Positions 38,459-49,404 of a stretch of 58,017 nt of DNA are shown here, in pieces. This DNA comes from Fibrobacterales bacterium. Its GTDB lineage: Bacteria; Fibrobacterota; Fibrobacteria; Fibrobacterales; JAOPTW01. Position numbers and translations under genes: made by a program. Numbering within the stretch: the first letter of the stretch is position 1; each line of letters starts with the position of its first letter. The stretch is from NCBI GenBank assembly GCA_051532055.1, contig JAOPTX010000058.1, positions 1 to 58,017 of the forward strand, written 5' to 3'. The notes under the pieces were generated by a model. It did not search any database. It was not told the origin of the DNA and worked only from the letters and a program-made list of their open reading frames with translations.

Positions 38459-39688
38459 TTGTTGATGAGAGAGACACCGAATTTGGGTACTATGCGTACT
38501 GTACGTAAAAAATCATTTTTTGATATTACAAAACCTAAGAAAGAATCGACATATTTCGACTTAGATGGTGCTACAGCCCGTTCATTTAAAAAGAAACCAG
38601 AACCCTCGAGACATCTTGATATAGCGGTATCGTTTTCTCCAGAACAACTCAATGATCAGATGACTCTGGAGCGCCTTGATGCCCTTGTAGCTAAAAAAGT
38701 GATATCCAATGATAAGCCTTTCATCGATTCTATAAACCTCTCTATTCCTGGCGCTCGGCCTAACTCATATAAAGATGTTGTATTAGAGAGTTATTCAGTA
38801 CTTATTGATCGGGTAAAAAGGTATTACTCTGACATCTTACAAAAGAAAGAAGCTACCGCTACACCAGCATTTGATATTGTCGATACTATCATTAAAGTAT
38901 TTGTCAGTGATCGTAACATTATGCTCAATCTTTGTAATGTTGAGACCAAAGATGATCACCTCTATCAACATGTCGTCAAGATGGCGATATATTCGGTGAA
39001 TATTGCAATTGCAATGGGGTGTTCAAAAGAAGAGATACGAGAAATTGGAGTTGGGGCACTCATGTCTGATATTGGTATGGCAGCCATAGCGAAACGCATA
39101 CGTAATTTTAAAGGTACCTACACTCAGGAAGAACTCTACTATGTGAGAAAGCACCCTATATTTTCTGCAAATATTATTGAGACACTCGAGGACTTCCCTG
39201 CAACAACAGCTATAATAGCCTATCAAACCCACGAACGATCAAATGGGAAAGGGTATCCGCGTAATAAGAGAGAGAATACCATACATAGATTCTCTAAAAT
39301 TGTAGCCTTGGCAGATGTCTATACTGCCCTTTCAAGTAATCGTCCCCATCGTGAGGCATACCGACCCTTTCAGGCGGTTCGTATGATAATAGGAATGGCA
39401 GACAAAGGATGGTTTTCAAAAGAGGTTGTACAGGGGCTTCTGTCTTTTAGCTCTCTCTTTCCGGTAGGCTCAATAGTAAAACTGAATACCAATGCATATG
39501 GCAAAGTGGTTTCGGCGAGTGGTAAATCTATCGCGGCACCAGTTGTAGTTATTTTTACTGATAAAGAAGGTTATAGGCTGACACCTAAGCAGTTTACCAC
39601 TACTGACCTCAGTGTAAATACTTCAATGAGAATTATAGGGACAAAAGAGAATCAATTTTTAGCGACTGCTGCTATGGTTGGGTTTTAG
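38459..39688 (+). CDS. HD-GYP domain protein with HD replaced by SD
   Basis: LMSDIG, THERSNGKGYP, ALADVYTAL, RPHR, FPVGSIVKL; start may be ATG 38465. Confidence 0.82.
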   Translation: MLMRETPNLGTMRTVRKKSFFDITKPKKESTYFDLDGATARSFKKKPEPSRHLDIAVSFSPEQLNDQMTLERLDALVAKKVISNDKPFIDSINLSIPGARPNSYKDVVLESYSVLIDRVKRYYSDILQKKEATATPAFDIVDTIIKVFVSDRNIMLNLCNVETKDDHLYQHVVKMAIYSVNIAIAMGCSKEEIREIGVGALMSDIGMAAIAKRIRNFKGTYTQEELYYVRKHPIFSANIIETLEDFPATTAIIAYQTHERSNGKGYPRNKRENTIHRFSKIVALADVYTALSSNRPHREAYRPFQAVRMIIGMADKGWFSKEVVQGLLSFSSLFPVGSIVKLNTNAYGKVVSASGKSIAAPVVVIFTDKEGYRLTPKQFTTTDLSVNTSMRIIGTKENQFLATAAMVGF

Positions 39689-39735
39689 CCTTTAATACTC
39701 TGCTACTTTGACATTCATAGGGAACGCAGACTCTA

Positions 39736-39780
39736 TCAATACAAAAGCCCCCTGTACAATACAGGGGGCTTTTGTATTGA
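39736..39780. terminator. Bidirectional intrinsic terminator
   Basis: Perfect 21-bp stem TCAATACAAAAGCCCCCTGTA with CAA loop, between convergent genes. Confidence 0.9.
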
Positions 39781-39854
39781 GCGTAATTAAAAGTACTAAA
39801 AAAACGGCACTATCATTGTAATCGTACTTGACTATAGTGGGAGGTGATGTATAA

Positions 39855-40577
39855 TTAATTATTAAAATAAGATCGAATGATTGCTTTGTATCTGCCAGAC
39901 TTCTTGATCTTTTTCAATCCGCGATTAAAGGCATCTCTCACTATTTCTTCTCTAAAAGCCATTCTGAAGTTACTCTCCTCAAAGAGGTCATGATACGTAA
40001 TCTGCAGCTCTGTTGAGCTCTGTGTTAAATGTTGACGGTAATAATTAAAAATGAGGGTATCCATAAGAATAGCATCGACCCGTTTTGCAAAAAACATAGC
40101 AACTTGACTTTTCTGGTCGGCCTTCTCTGCATAGTCTTCATTTTCTTTGGTCATTTCGGTAAACTCTTTACCAAAGGCTAAATGAGCTTGTTGAAATGCA
40201 ACGATGCTCTTGTCTTTTAGGTCATCAATCGCATTTATTTTTACATTACTTGACTGAAGGGTAATGACAAAATTGTGATAGGTAATATACTCGTCAGAAA
40301 AAAAGCCCCCTTTGGTTTCGGGGTAGTACGATTGTATGGTCATCACACCATCAATAGTACCCTGTTTAAATGAATGTTTTGTTCGATGGAGTGGTTGGTA
40401 GTCAAAATTGACAGTATATCCTTCTGATGCAAATACCTCTCTGACAATGTCAGTTTCAAATCCAGAACCATCAGCGCTATTTATGTAGGGCTCAACGGAT
40501 AAGCTTGCGGTTAATTCCAAATCTTTAGCCGAGAGATTTATTAAAATAAGGAGTATAATAAATAGAATAAAACGCAT
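39855..40577 (-). CDS. Orphan amino-acid-type substrate-binding protein (SBP family 3)
   Basis: Signal peptide; PYI..GFETDIVREVF, IDDLKDKSIVAFQ, RVDAILMD, FNRGLKKIKKSGRY. Confidence 0.85.
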   Translation of the reverse strand: MRFILFIILLILINLSAKDLELTASLSVEPYINSADGSGFETDIVREVFASEGYTVNFDYQPLHRTKHSFKQGTIDGVMTIQSYYPETKGGFFSDEYITYHNFVITLQSSNVKINAIDDLKDKSIVAFQQAHLAFGKEFTEMTKENEDYAEKADQKSQVAMFFAKRVDAILMDTLIFNYYRQHLTQSSTELQITYHDLFEESNFRMAFREEIVRDAFNRGLKKIKKSGRYKAIIRSYFNN

Positions 40578-40840
40578 GAAGAGAGGGGTCCATTGAAATG
40601 TTATATACTGCTCAAATAGGAGCTATTGTGCAAGTGTAGCACTAAAAAATGGATGTTACAATGGTATAATATATACTGTCAATATATGAAGTGAATAAAC
40701 TTTGAGAGATATGTGGTTTTTAATGAAAACGCCTAGTTTTAGGATCAAATTATTAGTTATTAACTGAAAAAGTCTCAATTAAGACAAAAAAATAGGATAG
40801 TGCTGTAAGGCTATTTGAGTAATTTAAACAGAGATTACTG

Positions 40841-41128
40841 CTATTCTGAAGAACCATCATCTATATTGCTCCGCTTAATAAATACAAAATTACCAATAAG
40901 TAATCCAGCCAATAATTGAGCTCCTAAGAGCAGTTCGTAATCGCTTTCAATGTAGACCCCTCTACCAATCTCAAAAAGGGCAGTGAGCAAGCCAAAGATA
41001 TAGAAGACAATGAGGCGGGGGAGAACAACTCTACTCCAGCTCGTTCTTTTGGTGGTGTAAAGACCAGTAGCTATTGGTGCAATTATGCACAGAAGTAATA
41101 GGATTATCTGGTGGAATTCTAATGACAT
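40841..41128 (-). CDS. Small hypothetical membrane protein with three TM helices
   Basis: Three hydrophobic segments in 95 aa. Confidence 0.6.
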   Translation of the reverse strand: MSLEFHQIILLLLCIIAPIATGLYTTKRTSWSRVVLPRLIVFYIFGLLTALFEIGRGVYIESDYELLLGAQLLAGLLIGNFVFIKRSNIDDGSSE

Positions 41129-41424
41129 TCATATAGTCTCAAATGATGATATGGTAGTAAAATACTTTTTGTTGTGTTCGTTTGTTTTATTTTATCTAGA
41201 TAGGTCTGATATAGAGGGCTTTTTACAGGTATGGTGACGCTGGTTCATTGGCGTTTTTGTTACATATTGTACGTATGTGATATGAAACTATTAAAATTTG
41301 TGCAAATTTCGAAATTTAAGGGTATTCTCTAATATACTATGGGTATCGTTATGTATGACGATATGACTCTATGCATAGGGCAATAAGGATACCCTACGGG
41401 TTAAGGTTTTGAGGACATTGATAT

Positions 41425-44223
41425 ATGAACAACAAAGACAAAGACAAAGACAAAGAGTTGCTCATAGCAGAACTAGAAATACTCCGTAAGCGAGTTGAGG
41501 AGTTAGAATTTGCTAAACAGTCTTTAACGATAAGTGAAGAGAAGAGAAAGGCTGTTTTTGAGCAGGTAGAGGAGAAGCTGTGGAAAAGTGAAAAATTTTC
41601 AAAACAAATAATAGAATCTATGGCAGAGGGTTTTTCGATATTAAATGAAGACGGAGTTCATATAGATGTAAACAGAGCTTTTTGTAAAATGACTGGTTTT
41701 GAAAAAGAAGAGTTGATAGGAATTGGTGTACCACATCCATACTGGCCTGAAGAAGAATATGAAAATATTCAAGAAGCATTTGTTAGAACTTCAAAAGGAG
41801 AATTTGAATGCTTTGAATTAATATTAAAAAAGAAAAATGGTGATAGATTCCCGGCTCTTGTGACTCCTTCGAGGGTGAAAGATGAAAGTGGAAATACTCT
41901 AATAAATTTCGCAACAATTGTTGATATTACTGAACGAAAACAAGCTCAACAAAAATTAAACCAAAGTACTCTATTGCTCGAAGCATCTCAGTCTATAGCA
42001 AAACTTGGAGGATGGGAGCTGGACCTGGTAACCAATAGCTTGTTTTGGACTGCCGAGACTTATCGTATTCACGATACCTCACCAGAGGAGTTTGATCCAA
42101 CAGTTGATGCAGGGGTAGGATACTTCTTACCAGAATCGCGCCGGATAATCTCGAGTGCATTGGAAATGGCAATGAAGAATGGGGAAGGATACGATCTCGA
42201 ATTGGAAACTTATACTACCAAAGGTCGATTAATTAACGTGCGAACAACATGCGTAGTGCAAAAATACGATGGTAAACCAACTAAATTGACAGGAATATTT
42301 CAGGATATAACCGACCGTAAGCAAGCGGAAGAAGTCGCTCAGATAAATGAGAAATATTATGAAAATATTATCAATAGCATGGGAGATCCTGTATTTGTAA
42401 AAGACTCCGAAAGTAGGTTGCTTCTTGTGAATGATGCTTTTTGTGGAATATTTGGACTTCCCAGGGATCAAATAATAGGTAAAACACTTGCCGAAGAAGT
42501 TCCTGCAAGTGAGCAGGAGGAGTTTTTGAAAATCGATAAGCAGGTGTTGTTTGATGGAAAAGATAATATCAATGAGGAGACACTTACGGTGAGAGGTGGG
42601 GAAACTCGAATAATTTCGACGAGGAAGACACGATTTACGGATACAAATAGTAATAAGTTTTTAGTTGGTGTTATTCGTGATGTTTCGGAGATTAAAAAAC
42701 AAGAGATAGAGCTCCAACACTTGCGAAACTATCTTACCAACATAATCAATTCCATGCCTTCCATACTGATCGGCGTTGATAATAACAGTACCATTACCCA
42801 ATGGAATAATACTGCAGAACAAAAAATGGGAATAGCTACGGAAAGTGCGTTACACAAACCACTTATTGAGGTCATTCCTTCTCTTGCAGATGAAATTGAG
42901 AGAATTAAACTCGCCATTCAATCAGGCACAGTGCAATCTAATCAAAATCAGGTCCTCGATGAGCAAGGGAATACACGCTGCGAAAATATTACCATTTATC
43001 CGCTCACAACAAATGATGCAGAGGGCGCAGTGATACTTATTGATGATGTGACAAAAGAATATGAAGTAGAGCAAGAATTAAATCAAGCGAGAAAAATGGA
43101 TGCTATTGGGCAGCTGGCAGGAGGAGTGGCTCATGATTTTAATAATATGCTTGGTGTAATAACTGCTGCTGCAGGCATGATTCAAAAGCCAGAGCGAAAC
43201 CTTGATGAAAAAGCGTTAAAATTTGTGGAGATGATTTGCACGGCCGCAGATCGATCTGCAGAGTTAACCAAAAAATTACTGGCATTTGGTAGGAAAGGTA
43301 ATATTCTTTCTACCCCTACAGATATACATTCAATTATTGAAGACACCGTTGCTATTTTCAATCGGACAATTGATAAAAAAGTAAATATTGTTGTTTTACA
43401 AAATGCTCATAACTCAATGGTAATAGGAGATGAATCTGCTTTACAAAATGCGATTTTAAATCTTGGTTTAAATGCTTCTCAAGCTATGCCTGATGGGGGG
43501 GAGTTAGTGATTGAGACAAGAGATATTTATTTGAATGAAACCTATTGTACCTCAAGTACCTTTCACATTGAGCCTGGAGACTACATTGAAATTGACGTAA
43601 GGGATACTGGGTGTGGCATAGCTTTCCCAAATACCCATAAAATATTTGAACCATTTTTTACGACAAAAAAACAAGGTGAAGGAACAGGATTGGGCTTAGC
43701 TTCGGTATATGGGACTATTCAAGATCATCATGGAACTATATCTGTTACGAGTGAGATAGGAGTTGGGTCAGTGTTTCAAGTGTGTTTTCCTTGTTCTGTA
43801 GACGCTGTAAAAGAAGTAGAAAATAAAAAGTCTCAATTTAGAGGCACTGGTCAAGTTCTGTTGGTAGACGATGAGGAGCTCATTCGGATAACGGCTAAGG
43901 ATTCACTTGAAGATATGGGGTACACTGTTTTCCTAGCAGAAAATGGATTGGAGGCATTAGATCTGTTTACACAAAAACATCTTGAAATTGATGTTGTTAT
44001 TATGGATATGATTATGCCTGTGATGAATGGGAGTGAAGCATTTTTTAAGATGAAAGAGATTGATGCTTATTGCTCAATAATTATTTCGTCGGGATATACC
44101 AAAGACGAAAATTTGAATGAACTAAGAGAAGCGGGTTTGGCCGGGTTTATTCAAAAACCTTTTAGGAATGAAGAACTGGGTCAACTGTTGTCTGATGTTG
44201 CGAAAAAAAGTAAGGGTATATAA
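41425..44223 (+). CDS. Multi-PAS hybrid histidine kinase (4 PAS, HisKA, HATPase, REC)
   Basis: DITERK, DITDRK, DVSEIK, DVTKE PAC ends; GVAHDFNNML; FEPFFTTK..GTGLGL; LLVDDE..DMIMP..QKP. Confidence 0.95.
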   Translation: MNNKDKDKDKELLIAELEILRKRVEELEFAKQSLTISEEKRKAVFEQVEEKLWKSEKFSKQIIESMAEGFSILNEDGVHIDVNRAFCKMTGFEKEELIGIGVPHPYWPEEEYENIQEAFVRTSKGEFECFELILKKKNGDRFPALVTPSRVKDESGNTLINFATIVDITERKQAQQKLNQSTLLLEASQSIAKLGGWELDLVTNSLFWTAETYRIHDTSPEEFDPTVDAGVGYFLPESRRIISSALEMAMKNGEGYDLELETYTTKGRLINVRTTCVVQKYDGKPTKLTGIFQDITDRKQAEEVAQINEKYYENIINSMGDPVFVKDSESRLLLVNDAFCGIFGLPRDQIIGKTLAEEVPASEQEEFLKIDKQVLFDGKDNINEETLTVRGGETRIISTRKTRFTDTNSNKFLVGVIRDVSEIKKQEIELQHLRNYLTNIINSMPSILIGVDNNSTITQWNNTAEQKMGIATESALHKPLIEVIPSLADEIERIKLAIQSGTVQSNQNQVLDEQGNTRCENITIYPLTTNDAEGAVILIDDVTKEYEVEQELNQARKMDAIGQLAGGVAHDFNNMLGVITAAAGMIQKPERNLDEKALKFVEMICTAADRSAELTKKLLAFGRKGNILSTPTDIHSIIEDTVAIFNRTIDKKVNIVVLQNAHNSMVIGDESALQNAILNLGLNASQAMPDGGELVIETRDIYLNETYCTSSTFHIEPGDYIEIDVRDTGCGIAFPNTHKIFEPFFTTKKQGEGTGLGLASVYGTIQDHHGTISVTSEIGVGSVFQVCFPCSVDAVKEVENKKSQFRGTGQVLLVDDEELIRITAKDSLEDMGYTVFLAENGLEALDLFTQKHLEIDVVIMDMIMPVMNGSEAFFKMKEIDAYCSIIISSGYTKDENLNELREAGLAGFIQKPFRNEELGQLLSDVAKKSKGI
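41432..41455 (+). repeat. (ACAAAG)4 in-frame hexamer repeat
   Basis: Encodes KDKDKDK at the kinase N-terminus. Confidence 0.8.
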
Positions 44224-44292
44224 ACCCCCTTTAACATGTGAACTGTTACTATCATGCTTCGGTGAGTGAAAAGTAACGATGTACTTCATTCG

Positions 44293-45675
44293 TCATAGCG
44301 TTGGCGAGTTCTCTAGAATCTTCTGCCATCCAAACTCAGACTCTATATACTCAATGAGCTCTTTAGCATTTATCTCTGCCTGAGCAGTGTTAGGATGCGA
44401 ATGGCCGCCAAAGCCAACTGATCCCTGGGGAGAAAGAGAAAATCCTGATATGGTTATAGTATTGGCCTGTGCCGTTGAGATAATATCTGCCTTCCATGAA
44501 CGTAACGTATTCAGATTGGTACCGGTCATCATAGGACCATCGAGGAGTAGGAATGTTGCCTGGGGGAGCGCGGCATGTATTGTATTGATTACTGAGAGGT
44601 AGTTTTCCTTATAATTACTTTCAGAAGGCGTTCCATGGGCAAAGTCGTTGGTTCCCAAATTTATAACGATAAGGTCGGCTGGGAATTCAAATCTATGCTG
44701 GGTATCTTCGAGTGGGTTTGTGCGAGAAAAGAGTTCATGTATATTTTCAGTAGTACTTTTGTCGTAATTTATGTAGATCCCTTTACCTGACCAGCAAGTG
44801 TAGAGGGCCTCTGCATCAAATGCTTGCGCTGTCAAGGCGCCATAACTCAGGGTATGATTTTCTGTGTCGGGTGACCAGCCACTCGTTTCGTCTCCTTCAA
44901 TACCATATCCACAGGTGATAGAGTTTCCAATAAACCAGAGGTGAGAACCCGAGCGTTCAGAGAGTGGTTCGCTTTCTGATATACCTGTGTAGCGTATTCC
45001 TTTAAATGCGTCGGCACCACAATATGCTTCAGTTCGCTTGGTTATACTAATGGTATGAGTCCTTGCATTAAGGGGGGCGCCCATTATGTCCGTAAGAATG
45101 AGATTGGATTGCGTAGGGGACAGGGTGAAAATATACGGCTCTTTGATATCATCAACAAAGAGGTTATACCTATTGTAGAGGCAGTCACCGACTCCAGGAA
45201 TGGTGTTTTCCATTTGGATAGTGAGATCGGTACCCGTAAAGGTAAAACGGACTGTACTTCCAGACCACGAGGCATATGGTGCTGTAGAGTCTTTCCAGTT
45301 AAAGAGGCCCTCATAGCTAAATCGGGCATCGGTTGCTACTATCGTTTGTGGGGTATAGGGTGTACTCTGTTCAGAAGATTCAGATGAGATAGGTTCTAAT
45401 GAAGAGGTATGAGATGAAAGGGAGGTTTCGGATGATTGAGGAGTAATAGTCCCTGAAATTCCTGTTGAATCCAAAGCAGAATCCAAAGCAGATTCAATGG
45501 TCGACGAAACCGCTTCGGAACTTATAAAAAGACTACTTGAGGATTCTGGATCATTGACAGACGATTCATTCTGGGAAGAGAGAGTGGAGGAAGTATGAGC
45601 ATTCGCGGAAGAATCGGTTTGAGCGCACTGGAGAAGACTGAGACAGAGCAACAGGAGATAGGGGATGTAGTTCAC
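44293..45675 (-). CDS. CE2-family SGNH/GDSL carbohydrate esterase lipoprotein
   Basis: Lipobox-like LLQC; Ser linker; SWSGS..F.GT, KRTE, FIGNSITCGYG, WSGKG, INLGTND, HP. Confidence 0.85.
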   Translation of the reverse strand: MNYIPYLLLLCLSLLQCAQTDSSANAHTSSTLSSQNESSVNDPESSSSLFISSEAVSSTIESALDSALDSTGISGTITPQSSETSLSSHTSSLEPISSESSEQSTPYTPQTIVATDARFSYEGLFNWKDSTAPYASWSGSTVRFTFTGTDLTIQMENTIPGVGDCLYNRYNLFVDDIKEPYIFTLSPTQSNLILTDIMGAPLNARTHTISITKRTEAYCGADAFKGIRYTGISESEPLSERSGSHLWFIGNSITCGYGIEGDETSGWSPDTENHTLSYGALTAQAFDAEALYTCWSGKGIYINYDKSTTENIHELFSRTNPLEDTQHRFEFPADLIVINLGTNDFAHGTPSESNYKENYLSVINTIHAALPQATFLLLDGPMMTGTNLNTLRSWKADIISTAQANTITISGFSLSPQGSVGFGGHSHPNTAQAEINAKELIEYIESEFGWQKILENSPTL

Positions 45676-45788
45676 TGGTTCCTCGAATGGGAGTAGGTAC
45701 TTTATATATAGTAAATTATATAAAGTACCTAAGGGAGTTCTGTGTGGTATTTCCTAAGATTGAGTGTGTTATTGATACTTATTAACCC

Positions 45789-46337
45789 TCAAAATGAGAG
45801 GGCTAACTGAGCGCCAAATGCTTTTTGGTAGAAATTACTTGAACCCGTTATAGTGATTCTTCCAGTATTGTTTTGAATGTTCTCAAGAATATTTTTCTCA
45901 ATAATATTCGTTACTATTATGGTTATAAATGAAGCTCCACACATTCCCAGTAATACTTTTGCACTTGTTGGAAACGGCTTATCTGGATCATGGGACCCAT
46001 CCTCTCCCATGGTGCCTGCATTTGCTGCACTTACTCCAGTAAATAAAAATACCGGTACCGCAATGAAAGCTATGGATTGCGTAATTGCTGCAGCTTGAAA
46101 TGATTGAGCCATCTTATGTGCCTCAGGGTAAGGTTCCATATCTTCAAGAAGTTTCTCGCCAAACATGCCAACCCATCTCTCAGATCCACATGATGTACCT
46201 TTGCAGGGTTTATAGTTTTTCAAACTCCAGCTTCCTCCAGGGGTATGGTGATGTATAAAAGGGTCGGGCGCTGGTGGATGATATTGTGCGAACCCTATAC
46301 CGCAATAGAGTGCGATAAGTAATATTAAATATTTCAT
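45789..46337 (-). CDS. Hypothetical exported or membrane protein
   Basis: GAGAGG RBS before ATG 46337; signal peptide; two hydrophobic segments; C-terminal GAQLALSF. Confidence 0.65.
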   Translation of the reverse strand: MKYLILLIALYCGIGFAQYHPPAPDPFIHHHTPGGSWSLKNYKPCKGTSCGSERWVGMFGEKLLEDMEPYPEAHKMAQSFQAAAITQSIAFIAVPVFLFTGVSAANAGTMGEDGSHDPDKPFPTSAKVLLGMCGASFITIIVTNIIEKNILENIQNNTGRITITGSSNFYQKAFGAQLALSF

Positions 46338-46512
46338 AGTTTTACCTCTCAAAAATTAATTTGGGCCCATCAATCTATGAGAAATATAACAATGTAGGTT
46401 TATATCTCTAGTGTTTAGAATGTAAACAACAGTATATCTGTATTGGTCTGCTTACGAGTGGGAAGCGGGAGTTGGTTTCACATATACATACCATTTAAGA
46501 TAATCATGTTTA

Positions 46513-49404
46513 TTAATGATTGATCCAATCATTAATCTTATTAATTAAATCATTGGGATAATAGGGTTTAGATAAGTAGTCATTACAACCAGCGTTAATA
46601 AACATCTCTTTGTCTCCAAACATGGTCTTTGCTGTAAGTGCAATGATGATTGTATTTTTTAGATTGTCGTTTTTACGGATTTTTTTAATGGTTTCAATGC
46701 CACTTAATTTAGGGAGATTTGCATCCATTAATATTATGTCAGGACGCTCTTTTGCGGCAATTGTTACAGCCTCCTCCCCATCAATAGCTTCATAAATATC
46801 AACGGTAATATCAACGAGAATTTCTTTTGCCAGCAACATATTGTCGGGATTATCTTCTACTATCAAAATTTTTGGCGTATCATTTCGAGATGATGCGAGT
46901 GGAGTCGCATTTTTGACGGTAGTCTCAGGCGTATCATATTCAACCAATACATTCGCTGTTTTAGCTTCAAAACAGTCTGGTACTGTTACAGAAAAAGTAG
47001 AGCCGACATTCTCTGTACTCTCGACGGTGATTATTCCATTTAATAATAAAAGTAATTGTTTACAAATGGCCAACCCTAAGCCGGTACCCATATATTTTCT
47101 TGTTATAGAGCCATCGGCCTGTCGGAACTGGTCAAAAATATGGTCGAGACTTTCAGTTGGAACTCCACAACCTGTATCAGAAACATGGATGAGGATGTTC
47201 TTGTTTTTATGTTCTACTGTTAAACGAACGGTTCCATTTTCAGTAAATTTATGAGCATTTGACAAAAGATTTAAAAGGATCTGGTGCAGCTTATCAGAGT
47301 CGGACTCCATTACTAATTGGGGAGGACATTCAACGAGTAAAACAATTCCCTTTGCATCAAATTGAGATTGCATAGATGATACAGAGGTTTGTATTAAATC
47401 AACGACGCTAAACTGAGTTATAAAGAGAGTTGTTTTGCCGGATTCGATTTTGGATAGATCAAGAATGTCATTAATTAAGGATAAAAGCTGTTCACCATTG
47501 CGCTCAACCACTTTCAGCCGACGACGGGTATCGACATCAGAAAGTTCGCCTTCTTGCATGAGTATAAATTGTGTGAGTGAGAGCACACTATTCAAAGGTG
47601 TTCTAAGTTCGTGACTCATATTTGATAAAAATTCTGATTTTAATTTATCAGATTCAGCTGCCTGTTTTTTCTGTTGCTCAAGCTCAACAATAAGAACTTT
47701 CTGTTCTTTTGACGTCTCATTCAACTCCAGTGTTGTTGATTGGAGCGCTACATTACGTTCCTTAATACTGGTACTCATTTCTTCTGATAGCTCAAATGTC
47801 TTACATATTTCAACAGCCTGAGCAAGGGTGTTACTCATTTCTTCTGCAATCTGAATGTGAGAGTCATCAAAATCATAGAGTGATGCAAGCCCAATAACTC
47901 CCATATTTTCTCCGCGCCGAATGAGAGGGATCGTCATAAAAGATTGAATAGCTGCTGGCCCAGCCATGGTATTAATAACCAGTCCTTCAATAGTAGAGAG
48001 TCTATCGAGTACTTCGACTTTTCTTTCTTTCAAGCATTTTGTAATGAGATTATCGGGAGGATCAATTAAGAGTTGCTGTTGGAAATCAACAGAGCTACCT
48101 CCATACACATAATTAAGTTCTACAGTGTTAGAACCATTGAGAACGGTATAGACAACAGCCAATTGAGATCGAGTAATCTTACTTAAAACGGGCAATACCC
48201 CTTCAAATAGGTCATTTAAGGTGTTGTGTTTTCCTGTTTCTATCATTAATTCTCTAATATCTACTTGAACTGATCTCAGTATGTTTAATTGTTTCACCAT
48301 ACTATTTACATTAACAGCGATTTTCATTATTTCTTGAGGACCGTATTCAGGGACATGTATATCAAACGCTCCTTCTCCAATTGCATCAACAGCTTCAGCT
48401 ATAGATAAGGCAGGTTTTGATATTTTACGTGCAATTAAGAGCCCAAATAGGAGTCCAAACACAAGTACACCGAGGGTTATACTTGTGACATTTGCCGCCA
48501 TTTCGTATACTGGGGCGTTAATTTCCTGCATATCCTGTTTAACAACAATACCCCAGTCAAAGGGGGCGATATACCCATAGGCCGCCATAACAGCCTCAGG
48601 ACGATAATCATTAATTTCAATTCTCCCGACTTTTCCTTCTGCGCCTCGTTTAGCTGGCTCGGCTTCAATGACTGCTTTTGCCACTGCATTTTCTTGAAAC
48701 TTAAGTGGACTTTGTACAACACCTTCACTATTCACCAGCAATATTTCACCCGTAGTGCCGAGGTATTTACTCTGAGTAAAGTTTTTATACAACCAGTGTG
48801 AAGGGTCTGTCAATATTCCAAGCATTCCAATAAACTCTTTGTTCTCTTGGGAAAAAACAGGTGCAAATATAAAGGTTGTGGCGCGATTATGAATTTTACT
48901 TATAAGAACATCAGATACGATAACCGTTTTCTTCTTCATAACCTCCTTCAATGTAGCCATACGCAAGGGGAGGTCTGACATATTGGCAAAATTGGTTTCA
49001 GTCGTAACAAGAGTTTTTCCCAGTGGGTCTGTTAAGAATAGTGCTTCATATTCGTACTCTTGGCCAATGAACTGTAAGTCTGCTTTTATATCATTTTTAA
49101 CTTGTAGGTATTTATCTGTATTGGGATTCATTTTACAAAATGCACGAATATTGTTGCGGTTCGATGTAACCCTTATATCTGCAAGTCGCTCTTGAAACCA
49201 ATCGGTTATCACCATTGTTTTTTCATCTCTCAGAGTTTCAAGAAGTCGATATTGCTCGAGGCGAATGCCTTCAGCCCTCAAGTAATAGGTAAGAAAGCCA
49301 ATAGAGGCACATGAGATTAACACAAGAAATGAAAACGAAACTACCAATGTAGAATACAGTGTGGGGACTTTACTTTGCTCCTCTATTGGGTGACGTTTTT
49401 TCAT
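46513..49404 (-). CDS. Hybrid histidine kinase (Cache, HAMP, GAF, HisKA, HATPase, REC)
   Basis: Two TM helices; LGTTGEILLVN..DYR..V.AAY..WGIVVK; FLSNMSHELRTPL; GTGLGL; IVEDNPDN..ILMD..LSKP. Confidence 0.93.
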   Translation of the reverse strand: MKKRHPIEEQSKVPTLYSTLVVSFSFLVLISCASIGFLTYYLRAEGIRLEQYRLLETLRDEKTMVITDWFQERLADIRVTSNRNNIRAFCKMNPNTDKYLQVKNDIKADLQFIGQEYEYEALFLTDPLGKTLVTTETNFANMSDLPLRMATLKEVMKKKTVIVSDVLISKIHNRATTFIFAPVFSQENKEFIGMLGILTDPSHWLYKNFTQSKYLGTTGEILLVNSEGVVQSPLKFQENAVAKAVIEAEPAKRGAEGKVGRIEINDYRPEAVMAAYGYIAPFDWGIVVKQDMQEINAPVYEMAANVTSITLGVLVFGLLFGLLIARKISKPALSIAEAVDAIGEGAFDIHVPEYGPQEIMKIAVNVNSMVKQLNILRSVQVDIRELMIETGKHNTLNDLFEGVLPVLSKITRSQLAVVYTVLNGSNTVELNYVYGGSSVDFQQQLLIDPPDNLITKCLKERKVEVLDRLSTIEGLVINTMAGPAAIQSFMTIPLIRRGENMGVIGLASLYDFDDSHIQIAEEMSNTLAQAVEICKTFELSEEMSTSIKERNVALQSTTLELNETSKEQKVLIVELEQQKKQAAESDKLKSEFLSNMSHELRTPLNSVLSLTQFILMQEGELSDVDTRRRLKVVERNGEQLLSLINDILDLSKIESGKTTLFITQFSVVDLIQTSVSSMQSQFDAKGIVLLVECPPQLVMESDSDKLHQILLNLLSNAHKFTENGTVRLTVEHKNKNILIHVSDTGCGVPTESLDHIFDQFRQADGSITRKYMGTGLGLAICKQLLLLLNGIITVESTENVGSTFSVTVPDCFEAKTANVLVEYDTPETTVKNATPLASSRNDTPKILIVEDNPDNMLLAKEILVDITVDIYEAIDGEEAVTIAAKERPDIILMDANLPKLSGIETIKKIRKNDNLKNTIIIALTAKTMFGDKEMFINAGCNDYLSKPYYPNDLINKINDWINH

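Noticed and set aside
45467..45490. 12-bp tandem duplication (SALD x2)
   Set aside because: Ordinary slippage in a low-complexity linker
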